Below are positions 10,276 to 19,759 of a DNA stretch of 64,000 nt, piece by piece. A program made the position numbers and the translations under genes. The stretch comes from Candidatus Dormiibacterota bacterium (GTDB lineage Bacteria; Chloroflexota; Dormibacteria; Aeolococcales; Aeolococcaceae). The notes beneath the pieces are model-generated. The model did not search any database. It was not told the DNA's origin and saw nothing but the letters and a program-made list of their open reading frames with translations. Location: positions 2,272,001 to 2,336,000 of the forward strand of contig OY970355.1 in NCBI GenBank assembly GCA_963718525.1, read 5' to 3'. Numbering within the stretch: the stretch's first letter is position 1; every line of letters starts with the position of its first letter.

Positions 10276-11223
10276 CTAGTTGTAATGCCCAGACACGTTG
10301 TTGAGGCGTGAGATGGGTGGGAGCTGACCGAGACCGGTGTGGGCACGGTGATGGTTGTAGATGTGCAGCCAGGTCGTCAAGGCCTGGGCGCGTCGCTGAT
10401 TTGAGGCATAGGGTCGAACGTATGCCCATTCTTCAAGCAAGGTCCGGTTGAAGCGCTCGACCTTGCCGTTGGTCTGAGGCCGGCGCGGCTGCGTGAAGCG
10501 CTGCACCGCGCCACTTTGGAGCACCGCGGCTCGGAAGATGACGGAGTTCCGGTAGGCGAAGGCGTTGTCGGTGAGCACACGTTGCACCGCGATGCCGTGG
10601 GCCGCGAAGAACCCCGTGGCACGAACCCAGAATGCAGCGGCAGTCGGACCTTTTTCGTCGCTGCAGATCTCCGAGTAGGCAAGCCGTGAGTGATCGTCCA
10701 CCGCGGAGTGGATGTAGTCGTAGCCGACACCGGTGGAGGGATGTCCGAGGCGCCCGTGCACACGCCAGCCACCGCCGGGCGGGATCCGCCCCAGCTTCTT
10801 GACATCGACGTGGACCAGGTCGCCCGGGTGTTCGTGCTCGTAGCGACGAATCACGCGTCCCGTGGGTCGATCCATCCAACTCAGCCGATTCAACTGCCGG
10901 CGCACCAACACGCGATGGACGGTCGAGGCCGGCATCTGCAGGCGGACGGCGATCCGGACTGGACCGAGCTTGGTGCGGCGTCGCAAAGCCTCGATCCGGC
11001 GCTCCACCCGCGCCGATGTCCGCCGTGGGCTGCGCAGCGGCCGGGAGCTCCGATCGAGCAGACCCGCCTCGCCCTCTCGGACGTACCGATGCCACCACTT
11101 GTACGCCGTCGCCCGGGACACGCCCATCTCGCCGGCGACGTGCGCCGCGGGACGTCCTTGGGCAATTCGCTGAACCAGAATCAGCCTGCCTACTGGGGTG
11201 AGTACCGCCTTAGGATGGGACAC
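10276..11223 (-). CDS. IS481-family DDE transposase
   Basis: N-terminal HTH, PGDLVHVDVKKLG, VDDHSR, LTDNA, PQTNGKVERFNRTL. Confidence 0.97.
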   Translation of the reverse strand: MSHPKAVLTPVGRLILVQRIAQGRPAAHVAGEMGVSRATAYKWWHRYVREGEAGLLDRSSRPLRSPRRTSARVERRIEALRRRTKLGPVRIAVRLQMPASTVHRVLVRRQLNRLSWMDRPTGRVIRRYEHEHPGDLVHVDVKKLGRIPPGGGWRVHGRLGHPSTGVGYDYIHSAVDDHSRLAYSEICSDEKGPTAAAFWVRATGFFAAHGIAVQRVLTDNAFAYRNSVIFRAAVLQSGAVQRFTQPRRPQTNGKVERFNRTLLEEWAYVRPYASNQRRAQALTTWLHIYNHHRAHTGLGQLPPISRLNNVSGHYN

Positions 11224-11309
11224 CGGAGAGCCTCCGTCTGGGTGGATTTCAACAACCCAAACTCAGCCGCGGGGCTCTCTCTTTGTCAACAACCTCTATG
11301 GGCACTACA
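10281..11309 (-). mobile_element. IS481-family insertion sequence, copy 1 (1029 bp)
   Basis: TGT...ACA ends with imperfect IRs (TGTAGTGCCCATAGAGGTTGTTGA / TGTAATGCCCAGACACGTTGTTGA); 6-bp target duplication CCTAGT at 10275-10280 and 11310-11315. Confidence 0.97.
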
Positions 11310-11772
11310 CCTAGTGCCGTGAAGGAACGCCGGCCGCGGCGATGGGAGCCGCAGTTCTTCAAGGTGTCGCGACAGATCCTCGCCCGAAGGAGCGACACAC
11401 GATGCCCATAGAGGTCCATTACTGGGTGGCTACTGGTAATGGCTGGCAGCGCGTCCGTAGGGATGCGATAGAGCGACATCCCTTTCGACGTTCGAGGGAG
11501 TCGAGCTTCACTCAGTCGTGGCTGATCGCACTCGATGCGCTCCGAGGGGATGTATTGACGATGTGCGAGGTTGCTGAGATTGGTGCGGGCTGGCACAACT
11601 TGCTGCTCCCATGCGGGCCGGGTATTACGGAATCGCTACCATCGTGCCGAACGCGCCACCATCTTGCTAGGCAGCGCTGTCAGCGGCCAGCGCACCTCAC
11701 GACCGTTGAGCACGCTGCGACGGCGAGCGAGCCAGCCCCAGTCCGCGGGGATCACTCGTTGTATGAACGTCC

Positions 11773-13068
11773 TCACGTGATCGAGAAATAGCCGGAGATG
11801 CCAAAGATGGAGGACTTGGTTGTCGACAGGATCTTGATCTGGCAGGTGGTCGCGCTGGCGAGCGTGGCTCCAATATTCCACGTGTAGGTACCGGCGGAAG
11901 TCAGCACTGTTTTCGCGATCGTTTTTACAAGCTTTCCGGCCTTGAAGAGTTGGATATTCACGTGGGCTCCGAAACTGCCCACGGATGACCAAGTGATTGA
12001 GTGCGAGCTACCTCGCGCCCAGGAGGTGCCGACGGTGGGCGCGGTGACGCTGATGCTCGTGATCGGCACCAACACGCCCTGGTTCGAGGAGTTTTTGCCC
12101 ACCGCCTCGCAGGTGGTGGCGGTGGGGCAGGCCACACCACTGAGCTGTCCGGCCGAGATCACCTGGGCGCTACCCAGGGTGCCGTCGGTGACGGTCGCCA
12201 CCACACCCTGTTTCGAGGAGTTCCAGCCCACCACCTCGCACGTGGCGGCACTGGGGCAGGCCACGCCTCCGCCGTAACGGGTGTGCGAGACCACCTGGGC
12301 GCTCCCCGGGGTGCCGTCGGTGATGGGCACCACCAGCCCCTGTCCGGTCGCGAGCGGCTCGGTAGTGCCTACCGCCTCGCAGCTGGTGGCGCTGGTGCAG
12401 GCCACATCGTTGAGTTCGGTGCCCGAGCCCACCTCCTGGGCGATGCCCGGGATGCCGCTGGTGATCGTCACCACTTCACCCCCCGACGGGCCGCCGCCCA
12501 CCGTCTCGCAGGTGGTGGCGCTGAGACAGGTCACACCAGAGAGCCAACCCGTGCTCGAGACCACCTGGGCGGTGCCCGGGGTGCCGCTGGTGATCGTCAC
12601 CACCACACCCTGGGGTGACACCGCGGAGTTGGTGCCCGCGGCCTCGCAGGTGGTGGCGCTGGAGCAGGCCACACCAAAGAGGACAATGGTGCCCGAGACC
12701 ACCTGGGCGGTGCCCGGGGTGCCATTGGTGATCGTCACCACCACGCCCTGGTTCGAGGAGTTGGTGCCCACCGCCTCGCAGGTGGTGGCGCTGGAGCAGC
12801 CCACGCCTTCGAGGATCTCGGCGCCCGAGACCACATGGGCGGTGCCCGGGGTGCCATTGGTGATCGTCACCACCACGCCCTGGTTCGAGGAGTTGGCGCC
12901 CACCGCCTCGCAGGTGGTGGCGCCGGAGCAGGCCACCCGGTAGAGGTTACTGGTGCCCGAGACCACCTGGGTGGTGGTGCTGGCCTTGGCAATGACGCCA
13001 AGAGCACTGGCCCCCGCCATGGCGGCGACGAAAACTGGAAGCATGAGCCAACGGATTCTCGTGGGCAC
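11773..13068 (-). CDS. Secreted 7-repeat Cys-paired beta-propeller with C-terminal Ser/Thr-rich Ig-like (Kre9-like) domain
   Basis: Signal peptide; seven ~44-aa repeats VACxSATTCEAVG...QGVVVTITxGTPG; C-terminal ITWSSVG..VNIQLFKAG..GTYTW. Confidence 0.75.
   Translation of the reverse strand: MPTRIRWLMLPVFVAAMAGASALGVIAKASTTTQVVSGTSNLYRVACSGATTCEAVGANSSNQGVVVTITNGTPGTAHVVSGAEILEGVGCSSATTCEAVGTNSSNQGVVVTITNGTPGTAQVVSGTIVLFGVACSSATTCEAAGTNSAVSPQGVVVTITSGTPGTAQVVSSTGWLSGVTCLSATTCETVGGGPSGGEVVTITSGIPGIAQEVGSGTELNDVACTSATSCEAVGTTEPLATGQGLVVPITDGTPGSAQVVSHTRYGGGVACPSAATCEVVGWNSSKQGVVATVTDGTLGSAQVISAGQLSGVACPTATTCEAVGKNSSNQGVLVPITSISVTAPTVGTSWARGSSHSITWSSVGSFGAHVNIQLFKAGKLVKTIAKTVLTSAGTYTWNIGATLASATTCQIKILSTTKSSIFGISGYFSIT
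12057..12969 (-). repeat. Intragenic tandem repeat, seven ~132-bp units
   Basis: Recurrent DNA blocks ccgcctcgcaggtggtggcg and cctgggcggtgcccggggtgcc. Confidence 0.9.
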
Positions 13069-13294
13069 GGATAAATCTCCAGGTTCCTTTCGCCAGCTTG
13101 GCCAGGATGCTACTCCTGAAGATCTTGGTCCGGTTGACGGGTTCCGTCATGGCGCCAGCGCTGTCTGACCCAGGACGCGGATGTGGGTCGCTCTGGGAGT
13201 GACCTCGCCGAGCGGAATGGCAAGCACCTACCCAGATCACAAGTCGCGCGGTTGTCGGGGCCAGCGACCGTTGCCCGTCGATGGCAGGTTCAAC

Positions 13295-14572
13295 TCAGCG
13301 GACACCCTTCACGCGCAGGATGGCGATCGCGCCGACGATGGCGCAGACCCCGGCGGCGGCGTAGAGCACACCGTAGCTGCCGCCAGCGATTGCCAGGATG
13401 GCAGGCGCCAATGCCGGAGCGAGGGAGAAGGGAAGGGCGCCCGCAATGTTGAAGACGCCGAGATCCTTGCCGTTGTGGCCAGGATTCGGGAGAACGTCAG
13501 CGACGAGCGCGAGGTCGACCGCCGCGAACACTCCGAATCCCAGCCCGCTGATCGCCATGCCGACCAGAAATCCGTTGAAGTTGCTGGCCATCGCGACGGC
13601 GATCATTGCGAGGCCGTACACGACCGCAGCGGTACACACGAAGATCTTCCGCCGCCCTGTCCGGTCGGAGAGGTGGCCACCGATCAGGGAAGCCGCCACG
13701 ATGACAATCCCCTGCACGAGCGTGCCAAGAAAAATCTGCTGCGGCACGTCAGCGACGGAGCTGCCGATCTTCTGAATCAGGTAGTACGCCTCATAGGTGG
13801 CGAGCACGGCGTAGGCCATCAGAAACATGAAGCGACTGACGAAAGCCCATGCAAAGTCAGGGCTTGTTCGCGGTTTCACATAGAAGGTGCTGGCGAACTC
13901 CCGTATGGACCACGCCGGCCTGTCCACCTTGGCAAGGTGCCGATCCTTCAGTACAACCGCGAAGAGCAGGATGAAAAATCCTCCTGTCGCGCACGGGACC
14001 AGGAATGTGGCGACCTGCTGTCCCGCGAAGAGTTTCACGATATACGTGCCGCTGACAGCAGCGATCGGCAGGCAGATGCCCAGCACCCCGGATACGGTCC
14101 CGCGTTGAGCGACTGGGATCTGGTCGGGAAGCACCGCCGCGAGCGAAGCCAGCATGGCGTTGAAGAACAGCTGGGCGACGCACCAGCCGAGAAGCACCAC
14201 CGGGATGCTGGGAGCGAACGAAACGATCGCGACGCCGAGGGTGCCGCCGACCACGCCGATCACCATCCATGGCCGGCGCATGCCCAGTCGTGAGGAGGTG
14301 CGGTCGCTCATCCGTCCGAAGAACGGATTGCCGAACATCGCCACGAAAGCACCGACGCTGGCGACCAGCGCCAGGCTGCCGGGCGCTTGTTTGATGCCAA
14401 CCAGCGAGCTGATCTTCAGGGGAAGGGTCACCAGTATTGGCGCCTGGAAGACAAGGTTGGCGCTCATGTACGCCAAGGTGAAGAGGGAGATGAACCCCCA
14501 TCCAACTCTTGCTGTAGGCACCTTCCGGCGCAGCGCAGCCTCGGCCGCCAGTTCGTAGGTGACGTCGGCCAT
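13295..14572 (-). CDS. MFS transporter
   Basis: 12 hydrophobic segments, motif A GRMSDRTSSRLGMRRP and GHLSDRTGRRK. Confidence 0.92.
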   Translation of the reverse strand: MADVTYELAAEAALRRKVPTARVGWGFISLFTLAYMSANLVFQAPILVTLPLKISSLVGIKQAPGSLALVASVGAFVAMFGNPFFGRMSDRTSSRLGMRRPWMVIGVVGGTLGVAIVSFAPSIPVVLLGWCVAQLFFNAMLASLAAVLPDQIPVAQRGTVSGVLGICLPIAAVSGTYIVKLFAGQQVATFLVPCATGGFFILLFAVVLKDRHLAKVDRPAWSIREFASTFYVKPRTSPDFAWAFVSRFMFLMAYAVLATYEAYYLIQKIGSSVADVPQQIFLGTLVQGIVIVAASLIGGHLSDRTGRRKIFVCTAAVVYGLAMIAVAMASNFNGFLVGMAISGLGFGVFAAVDLALVADVLPNPGHNGKDLGVFNIAGALPFSLAPALAPAILAIAGGSYGVLYAAAGVCAIVGAIAILRVKGVR

Positions 14573-14634
14573 CGCGCCCGCAGTGTGGCCCTTTTGGAGG
14601 GACTACGTATCGCCAGAAGGCATCCTGACGTCCG

Positions 14635-16935
14635 TCAGGGGCGCGGCAAGACCATCAACACCGCGATCTGGGAGCGTGAGTTGACTCCGAGCTTGTTCAG
14701 GATGTGACCAATATGCGAATCCACAGTCCGCTCGGAGATGAACAGTCGGGCGGCGATCTGCTTGTTGCTCAAACCGTCCGCAACCAACGCCGCCACCTCC
14801 GCCTCCCGCTTCGCGAGAGGGCTGGCGTCGGCGCCAAACGAAGCAGCGACCGGGCTCGGATCAGATTCACCGAGAGCCAGCCGCACCGCTGCGTCGCAAC
14901 TCAAGCGTTTGCCCGCCTCAAACTCGGTCTCGAACTGCGCTGTCCCGAGGGATTTTGTCGCCAACTCTCTGGCATGGGTCTGGAATGGCGCGTGCGGTCC
15001 AATGATCGTTGCGCCGGCACCAGCACCGATGGTTTGCGCTGCCCCAAGCAACCGAGCCGCGAGGCGCGCCTGCCCGGCGCTCGCGGCGAGCGAACTCATG
15101 GCCGCCAGAATGTAAAACTCGGCTATCCGGTCGTCGATCTGCCGTGCCACCCGCAAGGCCTCGCCGGCTCCCGCATTTGCGTCTGCAAGATCGCCATTCG
15201 TCATGGCGATTGCAGCGACGTTGCGAAGCATCGATGCGAGGTAAAAGAGGTCGCCGGCGTCGCGACTCAGACGCAGGCCCTCAGAGGTGGACGCCGCGGC
15301 GGCGTCGATGTCGTTTGCGAAGAACGCATGGACAGCGCGCGCCTGCACGAGCTCGATGGTCGCAGCATAGTCGGTGAGCGCCGCAGTGATTGCTTCGGCC
15401 TCATCCAGAAAGCCGCTTGCACCTGTGGGATTGCCGATCTGGTTCTCGGCGTTGGCTGCGATCGAGAGTGCCTGCGCCAGCTCCGATGGCTGTTGTGTTT
15501 CCCGAGCCGTTGCGATGGCTCGAGCGAGCCACGGCCTCGCCGCCGCAGGGTCCGCCTGCAACACGCTCAGCCATCCGCGAAGGCAGAGAGCGCGCACCTG
15601 CGTGCGCGGGGACGCCTCGCCGGCAGCGACGAGTTGGTCCAGCCAGCGCATGCTCTCGGTGGTCCCATGCGTGATCCAGTAGTAACGGAGGCAGGCGGCG
15701 ATATCCAGGCCGCGCGCGGCGTCCCCGTGTACCACGCAACGCTGGAGTACCGCCCGGATGTTGTCAATCTCCAGCTCGACCCACGACAGCCACTCGGGGA
15801 GCTGGTACCGGCCCTCGGCCTCCATTGACAGGCAACGGGTCCGGTAATAGTCGATGCAACGCGTTGAGAGAGGTTCGTCCTCATCCTGCTCACGCAGCTT
15901 CAGCGTAGCGTACTCGCGCATCGTTTCGTGCATTCGATAACAGGAATGTCCGCTGTAGTCCTCCCGCATGAGCAGCGACTTGTCGACGAGCGATGAAAGA
16001 AGGTCCAGGGTGTCTGCGGCCGACAGGTCCGCGGATGCGCACACCAACTCGGCATCCTCAAGAGTGAATCGCGACGCGAAGACAGAGAGTCGACGCAGCA
16101 GGCTCTGCTCGCGCCCGGGCAGCAGGTCGTGGCTCCAGTCGATGGTCATTCGCAATGTTTGATGACGGGGGAGTGCGGCGCGGCTTCCACCGGTGAGGAG
16201 GCCGAAGCGGTCACGTAGCCGCTCGAGCACCTGCTCCACATCGAGGACGCGGGTTCTGACCGCCGCGAGCTCGATCGCCAGCGGAAGGCCGTCGAGACGC
16301 CGGCACAACCCCACCACCGCCGCCTGGTTCGACGCGCTGAGGACGAAGGCTCCGGATGCCGCAGCTGCCCGCTCCGTGAACAGCGCGACCGCTTCGTTCT
16401 GGCGAAGTTGGGCGAGCGGTTCTGTTTCATGTTCGCCAGGCACCTGCAGCGGCGTGACCGGGACCACGTGCTCGCCGGCCAGCTGCAGCGGCTCGCGGCT
16501 GGTGGCGATCACGCGGACGTTCGGAGCGGAGCGAAGCACGCCGGACACGAGTTGAGCTGCCGCATCGAGAACGTGCTCGCAGTTGTCGAGCACCAGCAGC
16601 AGTTCCTTCTGGTGCCAGTAGGAGACCAGGATCTGCAGGGGGGTCATCCCGGCCTGGTCGCGGAGGTCGAGGCCGGCTAGCACGGCGCTGGCCACGAGCG
16701 ACTCATCGCGAACCTCGGCCAGTTCCACGAGCCAGGCGCCATCGTGGAAGCCTCGCGACAGATCGGCCGCGGCTCTCAACGCGAGCCTGGTCTTCCCGAC
16801 ACCGCCCGGGCCGACGAGGCTCACCAGGCGAGCGGTCGCGAGCTTCTGCCTGATCTCGGCCTGCTCGCGCCGGCGGCCGACGAAGCTCGTGGTTTCGGCG
16901 GGCAGGTTCCCCAAGGTCGTGCGTGGCCTGGCCAT
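14635..16935 (-). CDS. STAND-type ATPase / TPR / LuxR-HTH transcriptional regulator
   Basis: Start MARPRTTLGNLP at 16935; GPGGVGKT, LLVLDNCEH, LDGLPLAIELAA, C-terminal [18 protein letters not shown]. Confidence 0.93.
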   Translation of the reverse strand: MARPRTTLGNLPAETTSFVGRRREQAEIRQKLATARLVSLVGPGGVGKTRLALRAAADLSRGFHDGAWLVELAEVRDESLVASAVLAGLDLRDQAGMTPLQILVSYWHQKELLLVLDNCEHVLDAAAQLVSGVLRSAPNVRVIATSREPLQLAGEHVVPVTPLQVPGEHETEPLAQLRQNEAVALFTERAAAASGAFVLSASNQAAVVGLCRRLDGLPLAIELAAVRTRVLDVEQVLERLRDRFGLLTGGSRAALPRHQTLRMTIDWSHDLLPGREQSLLRRLSVFASRFTLEDAELVCASADLSAADTLDLLSSLVDKSLLMREDYSGHSCYRMHETMREYATLKLREQDEDEPLSTRCIDYYRTRCLSMEAEGRYQLPEWLSWVELEIDNIRAVLQRCVVHGDAARGLDIAACLRYYWITHGTTESMRWLDQLVAAGEASPRTQVRALCLRGWLSVLQADPAAARPWLARAIATARETQQPSELAQALSIAANAENQIGNPTGASGFLDEAEAITAALTDYAATIELVQARAVHAFFANDIDAAAASTSEGLRLSRDAGDLFYLASMLRNVAAIAMTNGDLADANAGAGEALRVARQIDDRIAEFYILAAMSSLAASAGQARLAARLLGAAQTIGAGAGATIIGPHAPFQTHARELATKSLGTAQFETEFEAGKRLSCDAAVRLALGESDPSPVAASFGADASPLAKREAEVAALVADGLSNKQIAARLFISERTVDSHIGHILNKLGVNSRSQIAVLMVLPRP

Positions 16936-17044
16936 GGCGGAGCCAACGGTACTCCGACAACTCAGTGCTGACCCGCGGGAGTAGGTATCGAATCCGTAAT
17001 CCTGCCGATTCGGCCGGTGCGGCTCGTGGCCCAGCCTGACGGGC

Positions 17045-17263
17045 ATGACTGATGAGCTCACGACCCAGCGTGTCGAAGCGACCTTCGTCGGCCGGCCTCC
17101 GGTGCGGCAGATTGCCCGAGCGTCGGGTGTGACCGACGTGGAAGTCGACGGCTGCGTGCTGCGCTGCACGGTGCACGGCAGCTTTCAACCCCTCCTTGAG
17201 GCGTTGCGCGGCTACGAGGTCATCGGCCTCACGTCCATTCCGACTTCGGACGGGGGTGGCTGA
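17045..17263 (+). CDS. Small hypothetical protein resembling the C-terminal accessory domain of ABC-2 ATPases
   Basis: GVTDVEVDGCVLRCTVHGSFQPLLEALRGYEV pattern; divergent from the LuxR regulator. Confidence 0.5.
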   Translation: MTDELTTQRVEATFVGRPPVRQIARASGVTDVEVDGCVLRCTVHGSFQPLLEALRGYEVIGLTSIPTSDGGG

Positions 17264-17360
17264 TGGCCGCTAGGCGCACCACATCTCGCGACCCCGACCA
17301 GCTTGACGTACCCAGATCGCACCTCAATCGGTGCTCATTCATCAATCAAAGGAGAACGAC

Positions 17361-18044
17361 ATGACCGTCACACCGAACACCCTCTTCCGTGCAACCGGCG
17401 TTGCCGCCGCGGTGGCAGGACTGATCTTCATCGGCGTACAGATCGGCAGTCCGCATTTCGACGGCACCAACATCACCACGACCAATGCGGTCGTCCGCGA
17501 AAGCCTGAAGGTGCTGATGGCCGCTCTGGCCCTCGCCGGGATCAGCGGTATGTACCTGCTCCAGGTGAAGAAGATCGGCGTGCTCGGCCTGGTCGGGTAC
17601 CTCGCCTTCGCCACCGGGTATCTGACGATGTTCGGCATTGAATTCGTCGGTGCCTTTGTCCTTCCCTCGATCGCGCACAGTTCGCCCGCCTACGTCAGCA
17701 ACGCCATCGCCGCTGCCACAAACGGTACCGTCACCGGCAGCGTCGGGCTGATCAAGGTCGCCATCCTCGTCAACGGGATCACCTACCTCGCCGGCGGCTT
17801 CCTCTTCGGCATCGCACTCTTCCGCGCCAGCGTCCTCGCCCGGTGGGCCTCGGTGCTCCTTGCTTGCGGCAGCGTGGCAACGATCTTGACCGGCGTCATG
17901 CCGCAGTACGAGAGGCTGTTCGCGTTTCCCACCGGCGTCGCCCTGATCGGCCTCGGGTACTCCCTGTGGCATGTGCAGCACGCAGCAGCCGCACGGTCCG
18001 TCACCAGCGGTGTGACGCAGCTCGAGCCCGCCGCAGCCAAGTGA
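17361..18044 (+). CDS. Multi-TM hypothetical membrane protein
   Basis: Strong RBS AAAGGAG then ATG 17361; about six hydrophobic helices. Confidence 0.8.
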   Translation: MTVTPNTLFRATGVAAAVAGLIFIGVQIGSPHFDGTNITTTNAVVRESLKVLMAALALAGISGMYLLQVKKIGVLGLVGYLAFATGYLTMFGIEFVGAFVLPSIAHSSPAYVSNAIAAATNGTVTGSVGLIKVAILVNGITYLAGGFLFGIALFRASVLARWASVLLACGSVATILTGVMPQYERLFAFPTGVALIGLGYSLWHVQHAAAARSVTSGVTQLEPAAAK

Positions 18045-18088
18045 CATCCAAGTCTCAAACATCAGCCGACTCAAAGGGAGACATCCAC

Positions 18089-18841
18089 ATGACCGCCTCG
18101 CGAAAGACCGCGCTCGTCGTGGGCGTGCTGTTCATCCTCACCTTTGTCACTTCGATCGTCGGAGAGCTCGCGTACGGACCTGTCCTGAGCGATCCCCACT
18201 ACATCACCGGTGCCGGTGCTGACCCCCGCGTGTTCGTAGGTGCGTTCTTCGAGCTGTTCCTCATCATCAGCAACATCGGATGCGCAGTGGTGCTCTTCCC
18301 GCTGCTGAAGCGACAGAACGAAGCCGTCGCACTCGGATACGTCACCGCTCGCATCGTCGAATGCACCTTCATCCTGATCGGCATCCTCAGCGTTCTCGCG
18401 GTCGTCACGTTGCGTCAGGGGGCGACTGGCGCGGATGCAGGCTCGCTCGTCACGGTCGGCAAGTCGCTCATCGCCATCAAGAATTGGTCGTTCCTGCTCG
18501 GGCCTGGCTTCATCGACGGCATCGGGACTGGGCTGATGCTCGGCTGGCTGATGTATCGGTCCGGCCTGGTACCACGCCGCGTGGCGCTGTTTGGCGTCAT
18601 CGGAGGGCCGATGCTCGCCGCGTCAGGCGCCGCCGTCCTGTTCGGCCTCTTCAAGGCAGGCTCGCCGATGCAGGGCATCGCGACAATCCCGGAGGTCATC
18701 TGGGAGGCCTACCTGGCCATCTGGCTCACCTTCAAAGGATTCAGTCCTTCTGCATTCGGAGCCGGCGAGACCGCGTACGCCCGGGCCGATGCAGTCCATC
18801 CCGCGCGCACGACCCTGACCAGAACAACACCAGTTAATTAG
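18089..18841 (+). CDS. DUF4386-like membrane protein
   Basis: RBS GGGAG, ATG 18089; MTASRKTALVVGVLFILTFVTSI..GAFFE..YRSGLVPR..WEAYLAIWLTFKGF. Confidence 0.8.
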   Translation: MTASRKTALVVGVLFILTFVTSIVGELAYGPVLSDPHYITGAGADPRVFVGAFFELFLIISNIGCAVVLFPLLKRQNEAVALGYVTARIVECTFILIGILSVLAVVTLRQGATGADAGSLVTVGKSLIAIKNWSFLLGPGFIDGIGTGLMLGWLMYRSGLVPRRVALFGVIGGPMLAASGAAVLFGLFKAGSPMQGIATIPEVIWEAYLAIWLTFKGFSPSAFGAGETAYARADAVHPARTTLTRTTPVN

Positions 18842-18851
18842 GAAAGAAGAC

Positions 18852-19350
18852 ATGTTTGGCAGAACTCGCATACCTCATGACCCACAGGCCCAACGACGTT
18901 CACGAAAGGAGCATGCCATCAGCGGTCGAACACGCGAACGGCGGAGGGGCTTCACTGCTGCGCGCATCATCGCTCTCGTCGTCATCGCATCTGGGGGGTG
19001 CTCGGTCTCGTGTACGTCCAATTGACGGGCGGCTCCAGCGCGATGTCTGTCCCCGCCGGAGCGCATGCCGGCGAATTGAAGCTCACGGCCTGCACCTATA
19101 CGACCGAGAAGGGGATCTCCGGCGCCGACTGCGGCACGCTGGTCGTGCCCGAGAATCGGACGAACCCGCACTCGCGACTGATCGCGTTGCCCGTCATTGT
19201 CATTCGAGCCACATCCGCCCACCCGTCCGTGCCCATTTTCCGTCTGAACAGCGGTCCCGGCGTCACGAACATGGTGTTCCCGGACGCCAGCCGCTTTACA
19301 GCTAACCATGACGTCGTCCTGGTCGGTTACCGGGGCGTCGACGGCTCGTC
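18852..19350 (+). pseudogene. Truncated secreted alpha/beta hydrolase (TAP-like peptidase N-terminus)
   Basis: ADCGTLVVPENR..IALPV..SGPG..DVVLVGYRGVDGS then similarity ends; frameshift in G-run near 18990. Confidence 0.8.
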
Positions 19351-19439
19351 CGACCGTCGGCGCAAACCTGATCCTCCTCGCGCTCGACATCTCGTGGGAT
19401 CGGCAGACACGCCATCGGGTGGATGAAACCAACGCAGCG

Positions 19440-19610
19440 GAGGCGAAGGCGCTTGTTGGGCGACGGGTAGCTGCCGAACTCGTTCGGTGAAGACGAGATC
19501 GTGGTGGGTCCAAATTGAATCGGCGCGCAATCGCTCATCGACCTGCGCAGTCGGGGTTCACGGAGGGCAGACACAGCCTGCGGGGGCCGAGTGCGACGGC
19601 CCCGGACCCT
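19440..19610 (-). pseudogene. Tyrosine recombinase (phage/ICE integrase) remnant
   Basis: Joining frames gives VALG-PQAVSALRE-RTAQVDERLRADSIWTHHDLVFT-NEFGSYP, typical of the region between box I and box II of Tn916/phage integrases. Confidence 0.65.
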
Positions 19611-19759
19611 CCGCACGAGCGCACATGGCCAGCTTCGGAGGACATGAACCGATCGAAGCGCTCGCTGCAGTTGCTCTGTTTCTCTATACTGTGACGAGCC
19701 CACGTCGGCGAGCGACGCGGTGGAAGCCTGGCAGAGAATTGAGGGGACAAGGGAAAATC

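Noticed and set aside
12057-12969. Possible CRISPR-like array
   Set aside because: Units are ~132-bp in-frame coding repeats with no unique spacers, and there are no cas genes
13069-13290. GAACCCGTCA on the minus strand suggesting a c-di-AMP (ydaO) riboswitch
   Set aside because: Other ydaO elements (GCTGAATCC, GGGGTGAAT, GCTAAC) are absent; only a short hairpin remains
19690-19735. GCGA-loop hairpin resembling half a GEMM motif
   Set aside because: Lacks the GACGCAAAGC junction and P3
19487-19759. N-terminal extension of the 1804-aa ORF
   Set aside because: Overlaps the integrase relic; RBS and signal peptide fit GTG 19760
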